From an uncultured Acidobacteriota bacterium (GTDB lineage Bacteria; Acidobacteriota; Vicinamibacteria; Marinacidobacterales; SMYC01), in the NCBI GenBank assembly GCA_963716925.1, contig CAVQUX010000006.1:445388-509387 (forward strand): DNA of 64,000 bases, in the 5' to 3' direction. The stretch's first letter is position 1. Every line of letters starts with the position of its first letter. Shown here one piece after another: positions 38,691 through 47,150 of the stretch. The translations under genes and the position numbers were made by a program. Below the pieces are notes generated by a model. That model worked only from the letters and a program-made list of their open reading frames with translations, had not been told where the DNA came from and did no database searches.

Positions 38691-40213
38691 CTACTTCTTC
38701 GGAGGCTCCTCCTTCGGCGGGCTCTCACGCAGATGGTCGAAGAGCTTCTCCATGTTGAGACCGGTCAAGGACTCGACCACCGGCGGCACCTGGGTGATCA
38801 CTTTCGCGATCTCGTTCGTCACCCGCGAGATTCCCGAATCCCCGTTTCCGGTGTTCACCAGGGTGATGCGATCGATCTTGGAAAGGGGCTCGGCGATGGC
38901 GCGGGCGATCTCGGGGAGGATGGGCGCGAGAATCTGGAGGACGGCGGCCTCGTTGTACTTCTTCCAGGCCTCGGCCTTCTTCTCCATCGCCAGCGCCTCG
39001 GCGAGGCCCTGCGCTTTCTGCGCTTCGGCCGCCGCGAGACCCTTCGCCTGCTGAATCTGGGCCTCGGCGATACCCTTCGCCTTGTTGACCTCCGCCTCGG
39101 CGGTGCCGTAGGTCTGCTTCACTTCGGCATCGGCGAAACCCTGGCTCTTGGTGGCCGCCGCCTGGTTCTCGACCCGCTTCAATTCGGCGGCGGCCAGAGT
39201 CTCGATCTCGTACCGCTTGGCGTCGGCCTGGCGCCTGATGGTGGCGTCGAGCTCCTTCTCCCGGCGCAGGATCTCCTGCTCCTGGACCTGGATCTCTATG
39301 GTCTTCTTCTGGAGCTCGTAGGCCATGTCGGCGTCGGCCTTCTTCAAGTTGGCCTCGCGCTGCTGCTCGGCGATGGCCTGCGCCGCCTGGGAGTTCGCGA
39401 CCTCGGACGCGCGGTGCGCCGTCCGCCTGCGCCTCCGCCTGGCGCCGGTTCTTGTCGGCTTGCGCCTCCGCGACCGCGGCGTCGCGCTTGGCTTCGGCCT
39501 CCTGGGCGAGCTTCGATGCTTCGGCCTGCCGCTCTCGAGTCTCGCGCTCCGCGTCGGCCTGGGCGACCATCGACTCCTTGGTCGCGACGGCTTCGGCGAT
39601 GGCGGCGGTGCGCTTCACCTCCGCGATAGCCGCCTTTCCCAGAGCCTCGAGGTAGCCGTGCTTGTCGCGGATGTCGCGGATGGTGAAAGAGTCGATGCCG
39701 AGGCCCATGTTGCGCAAGGTCGCCGGCGGAGATCTCCTGGACCTTCTGCGCGAACTGATCGCGGTTCTTGTAGATGTCCTCGACGCTGAGAGTGCCCAGG
39801 ATCGCGCGCAGGTGGCCCTGCACCGTCTCGAGAGCGATCTTGGCGATCTCCTGAGGCGGCTTGCCCAGGAAGCGCTCGGCGGCGGCATGGAGTGACGCTT
39901 CGTCCTTCTTGATCTTGATCTGGGCGACGCCGTCCACCATGATGGGAACGCCCTGCGAGGTGTAGACCTCGGGGGTGGTCACGTCGAGGGTCATCACCTC
40001 GAGCGACAGGCTGTTCCAGGTATGGAACAGCGGGATCACCATGTCGGCGCCCCCGGTGATGAACTTCACCCTTCCTCGGCCCGAGACCACGATGACCTCG
40101 TTCGGTCCCGCTTTCTTGAGAAAAGCGAGGTAGGTGAGGATGTAGCCAACCACCGCGATGGCAATCACCGCGAGAGCGGCCAGCAAGAGCACGTTTCCGA
40201 AAATGAGCTCCAT
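38691..40213 (-). CDS. flotillin / SPFH (band 7) family protein (frame interrupted twice)
   Basis: N-terminal TM plus an SPFH domain (PNEVIVVSGRG...MVIPLFHTWNSLSLEVMTLDV...PIMVDGVAQIKI). An Ala/Glu/Gln-rich flotillin repeat region and the C-terminus (ILAPILPEIARAIAEPLSKIDRITLV) follow in successive frames. Shifts are at about 39715 and about 39425. Confidence 0.85.
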
Positions 40214-40230
40214 AGCAGGCGTCCTTCTTT

Positions 40231-40851
40231 CTAAGAACCCGAGTTCGATTCCACGAGGAGCGTCGATCCCACCATCCTCAGCACCTTCACCTGGGCGCCT
40301 CTCGGAACCTCTCGTCCCTGGGCTTCCCGGGCGGGAGCGGTGTACCGCTGTCCGGACACGAGCGCCGCAACCTCACCCAGGCCCTCTTTGGGAATGGGGG
40401 TGATTACTTCGGCGTAGACCCCGACTAGGTCCTGGAGGCGAATCTGGCTCGAGCCGCGGGAGCTCCCCACGATCCGCCAGCCGGCGTAGGTGATGAGGTA
40501 GGCGGTGACGACCGCCGCCGGGATGGCGGCGAGAATGCTGGCGGTGTCTTTCGCGCGAAAGCCGTAGAGCGCGATGAGTCCGTAGCCGCCGATGCAGGCG
40601 AAGAGCGTCGCCAGCGCGAGAGGCGAGAAGAACGGAAAATGGAACTCGGCCGCGTGGGGAGCGTGGGCCGAAGCCGAGGCGTGGCCGCCGGCATCGACCC
40701 CGTAGTCCATGTGTGCGTCCCCGTCATGAGGGCCGTGGTGGCCGGCATCGCCATGACCCTCCCCCCCGAGGTCGGAGTGTCCCAGGAACACCGACAACAG
40801 GAGGTAGCCCGCCCCAAGGACGGCGAGGGCGAGATAGGTGAGGGTCAGCAA
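40231..40851 (-). CDS. NfeD-family membrane protein (YqiJ-like)
   Basis: TTG start with GGAGAGGAAG upstream. TM helices, a His/Asp-rich loop, and a C-terminal NfeD OB-fold pattern (GVYAEVITPIPKEGLGEVAALVSGQRYTAPA...VKVLRMVGSTLLVE). Lies 17 nt upstream of the flotillin gene. Confidence 0.8.
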   Translation of the reverse strand: MLTLTYLALAVLGAGYLLLSVFLGHSDLGGEGHGDAGHHGPHDGDAHMDYGVDAGGHASASAHAPHAAEFHFPFFSPLALATLFACIGGYGLIALYGFRAKDTASILAAIPAAVVTAYLITYAGWRIVGSSRGSSQIRLQDLVGVYAEVITPIPKEGLGEVAALVSGQRYTAPAREAQGREVPRGAQVKVLRMVGSTLLVESNSGS

Positions 40852-40933
40852 GGCGGCTTCCTCTCCGGTTTCGTTCCCGAAAAACGTTGTGAGTCTGGGT
40901 GAAGTAGGGACTGTTGAAATAAATGTAGCGGTT

Positions 40934-41476
40934 TTACCGGCGGCGCGTCAAACCCAGTGTCTGGAGGCTCCCGTCGGGAAGCTTCGCCAGGACTCCGTAG
41001 AGCTTGAGGGGCGGGAGCGACGCGCGGCGCGAGACGTCGATCTCGACGAGGTAGACCTCCACCTTGCGAAATTGATAGACCACGCGACCTTCGGCGTCGG
41101 TACCGGTCGCCTTCAGGTCCGCGCTCGCCGCCGCCGGCCCTTCGAGGAGGCGCCCGTCGATCGACAGGACCACGTCCTCCGTCCGGGACACGCGCACGCC
41201 CGCGGCGATGCCGCCGTTTTCCCGGGGCACGAACGTGGCGTCTTCGTTCGGAGCGAGCTCGATGCCGTCGCCGGAAAGGCGCGCCCGCGCCTCCTCCAGT
41301 ACGCCTTCGGCGGCGAGCTCCTGCGCGATTCGATCCCGGAAGTCCACCGACTGCCGCTGCCACCGGAGCGCGAGGGTCGCGAGGAGAATCGTCGGGGGCA
41401 GGAGCACGATGATGGCGACGAGCACCGTCACCAGCGCCGCGCCCTCCTCGCGGCTCAGAAGACGCTTTTCTTCCAC
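40934..41476 (-). CDS. PilX-N/minor-pseudopilin-like membrane-anchored protein
   Basis: GTG 41476 overlaps the end of the upstream gene. The N-terminus EEGAALVTVLVAIIVLLPPTILLATLAL resembles the hydrophobic N-terminus of a minor pilin or GspK. About 180 aa. Confidence 0.45.
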   Translation of the reverse strand: MEEKRLLSREEGAALVTVLVAIIVLLPPTILLATLALRWQRQSVDFRDRIAQELAAEGVLEEARARLSGDGIELAPNEDATFVPRENGGIAAGVRVSRTEDVVLSIDGRLLEGPAAASADLKATGTDAEGRVVYQFRKVEVYLVEIDVSRRASLPPLKLYGVLAKLPDGSLQTLGLTRRR

Positions 41477-43383
41477 GCGTGCATCCGGATCAAGGGCGAG
41501 AGACCTTCGCCCCGCTCCACCACGCCCGCCGCGAGCCCGATGACGTAACGGCCCGACGGACGATCGAGCTCGAACTTCAGCACCAGGCTCGCCTTCCGGC
41601 ATCCCATGTAGAGCGAGCCGAAGGAGTCGAATGACAGGAAATCCAGCTCCTCGATCTCGAGGCTGGGAAGGGCTTCGACCCCTTCGAGCGCGAACGGCAG
41701 GGTACGAGGATCGGACTTGACGTCCATGAGTCCGTCGCGCCACCCCCGGAGTGAAAAGAGAGGCCGCGGCTCCGCCAGTCCCTTGAGGAAGCCCCGGCCG
41801 AGCTCCAGCACGACGAAATCCGCGGTCGGGTCCCTCACGAGCGCGAAGAGGTCGCCCGAGACCGGATCCCGTGCCAGGGAGACGGCGAGACCGGGGAGTG
41901 CCGAGACCGGCACCGGCTCCTGCGGGGTGAGCGTCTCGTCGAACGCCATTTTCCAGAGCGAGCCGCGCTCGCCGTGGTTCATGAGGAAGTAGAGATGGCC
42001 GTCCGTGCCTTCCACGAGCGCTCCCGGCGTGCCCGTGAGACGGAACAGCCGCTCGGGGCTTCCGGGATTTCCCGTTGGACCGAACCGGTATCGGAAGACC
42101 GCCCCTTTCTCCTGGCTCACGACGTAGAGGCCGTCGTCCGCGCCGAAAGCGATGCCTCCGGCCTGGGCGATGGCCTCGGTGCCTTCGAACGTCGTGACCG
42201 GGGAGTCCCGGGAAAGCCCGCCGCGCTCGTCGGGAGCGATGCGGGAGAGATGCCCGATCCGAAGACCCCAGGCGGCGACGAAGAGTGATCCGGCGAGACG
42301 CCCCCCCTCGGGGCCGAAGGTGAGGGAGACGGGCGCGCGGACGTCCTCGAGAAAGATCACGTCGTCCACGCTCGCGCTCATGAACCGCTTCTCCATCTCG
42401 AAGGTGTAGAGATAGGCCGGATCCTGGCTTGGGATCTTGCCGGAAGCGAGGATGAGCGCGAAGCGGGAGCCGATACGGGAGGCGACTCCCGCGGGGTTGT
42501 CGATGGGATAGAAGACCCGCGAGAGCCGGAATCCGAGATCCGGTCGCTCGAAATCGACGTTCCCGGAGCGCGGCTCGAGGGCGACGGTCGTCGACAAACT
42601 CTTCGGGAAAAGCGCGTCGTCACCGGGAAGAAATCGCAGCGACACCCGCACGGACCGAAGCTCCGGAGTCGACTCCACCTTCGAGAGCGAGATGGGCTCG
42701 TTGTCGCCGTCGAGATACTCGAAGCCGAGGGACAGGACGTCGCGGCTCAGGACCCGCGGCCCCACACCAACGACGTCCTTTACCAGATCCCGGCGTCCGT
42801 CGGCCCGCGGCTCTCCGAGGAAATAGCGAACCTCCCGAAGGCCGAGGACCCTCGCGCCTCGGTCCGGGGAGAACGAACCGCGAAAACCACCGCCGGTCTC
42901 CTCGAGCGGGCTGAGGGCGATCGTCGTCGCGCCGGCTCGCACCACGAGCGCGCCCTCCCCCCCTCCCGCGCTGTCGGTCAGGAGGACCCGCGAGCCTTTC
43001 TCGAACCCGGCGGAAGGATCGACGATCACGTCTTCTCCCTCCTCGAGCTCGCTCCCGAGACCGCTCGCTCGCACCTCGGGGTTCGAGCGCAGAGTCAGGG
43101 CATCGCTCGCGATCGCCGAGCCCGGGAGTCGGGGAACGACGGCGGCGGGTCCTTCACCGAGTCCCTGGCCCGCGAGCGAAAGCTCGTAGGTGACGTCGTC
43201 GAGAGCGAGCGACGCGGCCGAAGAGCTCACGGCGAGCTCGCTTTCTCTCTCGTGGATCCGTGCCACGTGGCCCATGGTCTGCCCCACGAGCCCCATCACC
43301 ACCAGGGTGATGGCGAGCGCGAGGAGGACCTCGAGGAGACTGAAGCCGCGAGCGCCGCCCGATAGGAACCGCGAACGAAACAC
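41455..43383 (-). CDS. prepilin-type N-terminal cleavage/methylation domain protein with beta-propeller-like C-terminal region
   Basis: GTG 43383/43386 precedes GARGFSLLEVLLALAITLVVMGLVG, a class III signal (G/FSLLE). The C-terminal half has NHL/SMP30-like repeats (GIAFGADDGLYVVSQEKGAVFRY, GTDGHLYFLMN, SGDLFALV, FGSLYMG). Confidence 0.65.
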   Translation of the reverse strand: MFRSRFLSGGARGFSLLEVLLALAITLVVMGLVGQTMGHVARIHERESELAVSSSAASLALDDVTYELSLAGQGLGEGPAAVVPRLPGSAIASDALTLRSNPEVRASGLGSELEEGEDVIVDPSAGFEKGSRVLLTDSAGGGEGALVVRAGATTIALSPLEETGGGFRGSFSPDRGARVLGLREVRYFLGEPRADGRRDLVKDVVGVGPRVLSRDVLSLGFEYLDGDNEPISLSKVESTPELRSVRVSLRFLPGDDALFPKSLSTTVALEPRSGNVDFERPDLGFRLSRVFYPIDNPAGVASRIGSRFALILASGKIPSQDPAYLYTFEMEKRFMSASVDDVIFLEDVRAPVSLTFGPEGGRLAGSLFVAAWGLRIGHLSRIAPDERGGLSRDSPVTTFEGTEAIAQAGGIAFGADDGLYVVSQEKGAVFRYRFGPTGNPGSPERLFRLTGTPGALVEGTDGHLYFLMNHGERGSLWKMAFDETLTPQEPVPVSALPGLAVSLARDPVSGDLFALVRDPTADFVVLELGRGFLKGLAEPRPLFSLRGWRDGLMDVKSDPRTLPFALEGVEALPSLEIEELDFLSFDSFGSLYMGCRKASLVLKFELDRPSGRYVIGLAAGVVERGEGLSPLIRMHAWKKSVF

Positions 43384-43432
43384 CACCGAGTGGATCGTCG
43401 CAGATCGCGGGGCCGGGGGCCAGCGCGAAAGG

Positions 43433-44698
43433 TCAGAGTGTAGCCAGCTTCCTTTTCGCCTCGGGATAGGCGAGAGCCCTCTCGATCCCGTTGGCGGTGG
43501 AGCCGACGACCTCCGCGTATGTCTTTCGCGCTGCATCCTTCTCGCCCTTGCGCTCGTAAGCGCGCGCGAGAAGGAGCCGGTGGAAAGGATCCTGCGGGTT
43601 GGCTTTCTCCAGGTGCTCGATGGCCTGGTCGAGCTCACCGCGCTCGAGCTTCAAGTAGCCCGCGAGGTAGTGATAGGCGGGGAGGTACTGCGCTCCCGCT
43701 TCTCCTCCATCCTCGATCATCTTCCTCACCTTTTCCGCTTCCGCCCAGGCCTCCTCGTGCTTTCCCATCTTGGCGAGGGTGCGGCACTTGCCGTGCAGCA
43801 GGCGACCGTACCAGACCTGCTTCTGGTCTTCGGGAAGCGTCGAGCCGGGGACGCTCTCGTAGCCCTTCTCGTAGGCCTTCATCGCCTCCGCGGTATTTCC
43901 GTTCTCGAGGTGGATGCGAGCGATGGAGTTCCAGATGAAAACATCGGGGAAACCCTGGCTCGCGCCGCTCTCCCGGTACGCGGCGAGGTATCTCTCGAGA
44001 GCCTCGACCGCCGGCGCCGGGTGACCTTCATAGAGGTAGCTGAAGGCGACGCCATAACGAATGACGAAAGGGAGAGACTCCTTGGGAAGGTCGCGTTCTA
44101 TCGCCTCGAAGGTGCTGCGCGCCTCCGTATACTTCTCCCGAAGGAGATCGTCGTTCGCGAGAAAGGAGCGCGCGCGGGCGCTCGGGGGACCGATAGCGAG
44201 CGCTTTCTCGAACGCGGCCCTCGCCTTGGCGCTGTCGTTGGTTCCCTGGTACAGCTGGCCGAGGAGCATGTACGTCAGCCGCTCGTCCGGATAGTCGGCG
44301 GCGACCTTTTCGAGAAGAGGAATGCCATCGGCGAAGTTCGCGCCCTGGTTCGCGCGGGCCACCGCCATGCCCTCGATGAAGCGACGCTCTCCGTCGGAGG
44401 CGCTCTTCGCGAGCTCTACCGCCTTCTCGAGGTGGGTCGGACCTTCGTTCGGCGGCGCCACCGCCGAGAGGTAGTAGACCCCCATCGCGAAGTTCGGATC
44501 GGCGGCGACGATCTTGCGGGCGATCTCCGCCAGGTGCGGTCCGGCCTCGAAGTTCTCGATTCGGGCCTGGAGGTCCGAAAGGAGCTTCCGGGCTTCGTCC
44601 GATTTCGTCGTCCACTCGAACTTCTTCCCGGCCGCGAGGCCCAGGTGTGCGCACAAAAGAAAAAAAGCGGCGGTGGCGATGCCACGACGTCGATTCAT
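43433..44698 (-). CDS. secreted tetratricopeptide repeat protein
   Basis: ATG 44698 gives the signal peptide MNRRRGIATAAFFLLCAHLGLAAG. Multiple TPR-like units are present (AKARAAFEKALAI, AEAMKAYEKGYE, AIEHLEKANP, AARKTYAEVV). Confidence 0.8.
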   Translation of the reverse strand: MNRRRGIATAAFFLLCAHLGLAAGKKFEWTTKSDEARKLLSDLQARIENFEAGPHLAEIARKIVAADPNFAMGVYYLSAVAPPNEGPTHLEKAVELAKSASDGERRFIEGMAVARANQGANFADGIPLLEKVAADYPDERLTYMLLGQLYQGTNDSAKARAAFEKALAIGPPSARARSFLANDDLLREKYTEARSTFEAIERDLPKESLPFVIRYGVAFSYLYEGHPAPAVEALERYLAAYRESGASQGFPDVFIWNSIARIHLENGNTAEAMKAYEKGYESVPGSTLPEDQKQVWYGRLLHGKCRTLAKMGKHEEAWAEAEKVRKMIEDGGEAGAQYLPAYHYLAGYLKLERGELDQAIEHLEKANPQDPFHRLLLARAYERKGEKDAARKTYAEVVGSTANGIERALAYPEAKRKLATL

Positions 44699-44880
44699 GG
44701 AATTGACTCCTCTATTCAAATTGTTGAATGGATACACTCCGAGCCCGTCAAGAACTACGTTGAGAGGACGGGCGGAGTTTCGTCAGCGCCGCAAAAACGA
44801 ACCGCCACCGCCGATCGAAGTCGAGGTCCGCGCCCTTCGAAAGTCTCCGAGGCCGACTGCTCTTGAAGCGCCGTCCGGAG

Positions 44881-45234
44881 TTACGCCCACGTAAGAAACT
44901 GGGGAGGCGCAAGGAGGCCTCGCTTGCGGAGCGGAGCGGGACCCTCCTCCTCGCAAAGCCGCCGAAGTCGCGGCATGGTCTCGGCGGCGCGGACGAGGAA
45001 GACCGTCGTCGGGCTAGCGGGAGCGGCCAAGGCCCAGGCGGGCGCGGGTTGTCCCGCGCGGGAGGCCATCAGTTCCACCACGCCCGCCGCGACGGCGCGT
45101 CCAACCGGAGAGAGTCCCTCGGGACTCTCAAGCTCCGACCACGAGAGGCCATTGCGGGCGGCATCGATCACCCACTGACGTGCCTCGAGTGTGTCCCCGC
45201 GAAGAAGCGCGTCCACGAGATCACGGAGGTCCAT
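44881..45234 (-). CDS. hypothetical protein
   Basis: ORF of about 117 aa from ATG 45234 (MDLRDLVDALLRGDTLEARQWVIDAARNG...). I recognise no family. Confidence 0.35.
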   Translation of the reverse strand: MDLRDLVDALLRGDTLEARQWVIDAARNGLSWSELESPEGLSPVGRAVAAGVVELMASRAGQPAPAWALAAPASPTTVFLVRAAETMPRLRRLCEEEGPAPLRKRGLLAPPQFLTWA

Positions 45235-45418
45235 GAAGCGCCTCCCACAAATCTTCGAACGCATATCGCGCCTTCAATTCTCTTCCGGGAACCAGGTGAC
45301 GATCGATCGCCACGTCGCGCCCAAGCTTCGCATCCTTCGCCCGATACACCTCACCCATGCCGCCTCTTCCGATCGACGCCAGGATTTCGTAGTGCGCGAG
45401 CTTCTGGCCGGAAATCAA
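45221..45418 (-). pseudogene. N-terminal remnant of a Ser/Thr protein kinase
   Basis: 65-aa ORF with only the Gly-rich loop and start of subdomain II (YEILASIGRGGMGEVYRAKDAKLGRDVAI), then unrelated sequence and a stop. No catalytic loop follows in any frame. Confidence 0.6.
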
Positions 45419-45654
45419 TTGCCCTCCAGCCTGGAATCTTAGGTCCCCGGTGGACAGGGGCGCAAGGTCGAACGAACGCGCATCGTATGAACACCCGTCG
45501 CGCAGTCAAGCCTGTTTTAGATATACGAGTAAGAGGACGACCCTGTACGTTCTACCTTGAGCCGGATGTGAAGCTTCGCCTCGTTAACCACCTCCCCGGT
45601 AAAGCCCGCGGATTGCCCGCGAGCCGGCCCAGGACATAATATCCCCGGCTCGAC

Positions 45655-47148
45655 ATGCGACTCGTACGGCTGCTGCTTCCGCTGCTCCTCGTTCGATGCG
45701 CCCCCGCGACCGCACCGACGGCGATTCGCGTCGGGACCGACGTCGACGCTTCGTCGCTCGATCCACGCCTCATGCGCGATACCACTTCGTACCGTGTGGT
45801 CGACCTGCTCTACGACGGCCTCGTCCGCCTCGATCGCGAGCTCACGCCCCTCCCCGCCCTCGCGACCTCCTGGGAGAGTCCCGAGCCCACCCGATGGATC
45901 TTCCACCTCCGCGAGGATGTGAGGTTTCACGACGGGAGCGAGCTCACCTCCGAGGACGTGGTCCATACTCTCGAGACTCTGCGGGATCCCGGCTTCGGCG
46001 CTCCCCTCCGTTCGCTCTACAAGCCCATTGCCCGGGTGGAAGCGCCCGACGCGCGGACCGTGGTCATCCACGTGGAGAGGCCCTACGCGCCTCTCCTCAG
46101 CTACCTCGACGTCGGCATCGTGCCGCGCGAACGGGCAGATCTCGGAAGTCATCCCATCGGAACCGGACCGTACCGGCTGAAGCGATGGGATCGAGGGAGC
46201 AGGATCTCGCTCGAAGCCAACCGGGAGTACTGGGGCGGTGCCCCGAAGCTCGACGCAATCGAGATCGTGGTCGTACCCGACAACACCGCCCGCGCCCAGG
46301 CGTTCGAGGCCGGCGACCTCGACCTCATCCAGTCGCCGCTATCGCCCCAGGACATCCGCCGTCTTTCCGCCGACCCGCGGTTCGAGAGCCACGTCGAGAG
46401 CGGCGCCGCGATCACTTACTTCAACTTCAACACGTCGCGGCCCCCTCTCGATCAGCCGGACGTTCGCCGGGCGATCGCCATGCTCATCGACCAGGAGACG
46501 ATTCTGAACCGCATCTACGAAGGGAGCGACGAGCGCGGCCGCTCGGTGCTCCTCCCCTCCTCCTGGGCGTTCTCCAGCGAGGTGGCGCAGCCGACGTATG
46601 ATCCCGAACGTGCGGAGGCGCTGCTCGAAGAGTTGGGATTCCGCGACGCGGACGGCGATGGAGTCCGCGAACGGGGCGGCCGGAAGCTGGCTTTCGAGCT
46701 CGGGACGCACGGCGAAGACGTGAATCGCGTCCAGACCGTCGAGTATCTCCAGACCCAGCTGAAGTCCCACGGCATCGAGGTCGGTTTACGCATCGCCGAC
46801 TGGCCCAGTTTTTCCATGCGCCGCGACGCCTCCGACTTCGACGTCATTCTCCTCGGCTGGACGCAGCTCGTCGATCCCGACAAGGGGCTCTACGATCAGT
46901 TCCGCTCCGAGGGCGGCCTCAACTGGGGACGTTACCGCAACCCGCAGGTCGATGAGCTTCTGGAGAAGGGCCGCGCGACGCTCGACCGAAGTGATCGGGC
47001 GTCGATCTATCGCGAGGTGGCCGCGATCATCGCCTCCGACGTCCCTTATTACGTTCTCTCGTACCAGGGCTATCACGTCTTTCACTCGAAGCGCATCGCG
47101 GGTTTCGATACGGACCCTCGCGGGATGCTCCGGGGTTTTCACGACTGA
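45655..47148 (+). CDS. ABC transporter substrate-binding protein, family 5 (peptide/nickel type)
   Basis: 497 aa with a signal peptide and family-5 SBP patterns (DPRLMRDTTSYRVVDLLYDGLVRLD, WHDGSELTSEDV-like, NTSRPPLDQPDVRRAI). Confidence 0.85.
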   Translation: MRLVRLLLPLLLVRCAPATAPTAIRVGTDVDASSLDPRLMRDTTSYRVVDLLYDGLVRLDRELTPLPALATSWESPEPTRWIFHLREDVRFHDGSELTSEDVVHTLETLRDPGFGAPLRSLYKPIARVEAPDARTVVIHVERPYAPLLSYLDVGIVPRERADLGSHPIGTGPYRLKRWDRGSRISLEANREYWGGAPKLDAIEIVVVPDNTARAQAFEAGDLDLIQSPLSPQDIRRLSADPRFESHVESGAAITYFNFNTSRPPLDQPDVRRAIAMLIDQETILNRIYEGSDERGRSVLLPSSWAFSSEVAQPTYDPERAEALLEELGFRDADGDGVRERGGRKLAFELGTHGEDVNRVQTVEYLQTQLKSHGIEVGLRIADWPSFSMRRDASDFDVILLGWTQLVDPDKGLYDQFRSEGGLNWGRYRNPQVDELLEKGRATLDRSDRASIYREVAAIIASDVPYYVLSYQGYHVFHSKRIAGFDTDPRGMLRGFHD

Positions 47149-47150
47149 GC

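Noticed and set aside
40852-40933. A promoter call in the spacer upstream of the NfeD gene.
   Set aside because: The region is locally AT-richer (CATTTATTTCAACAGTCCCTACTTCAC on the coding strand), but I cannot identify a convincing -35/-10 pair with proper spacing. It is mentioned only as context for the operon boundary.
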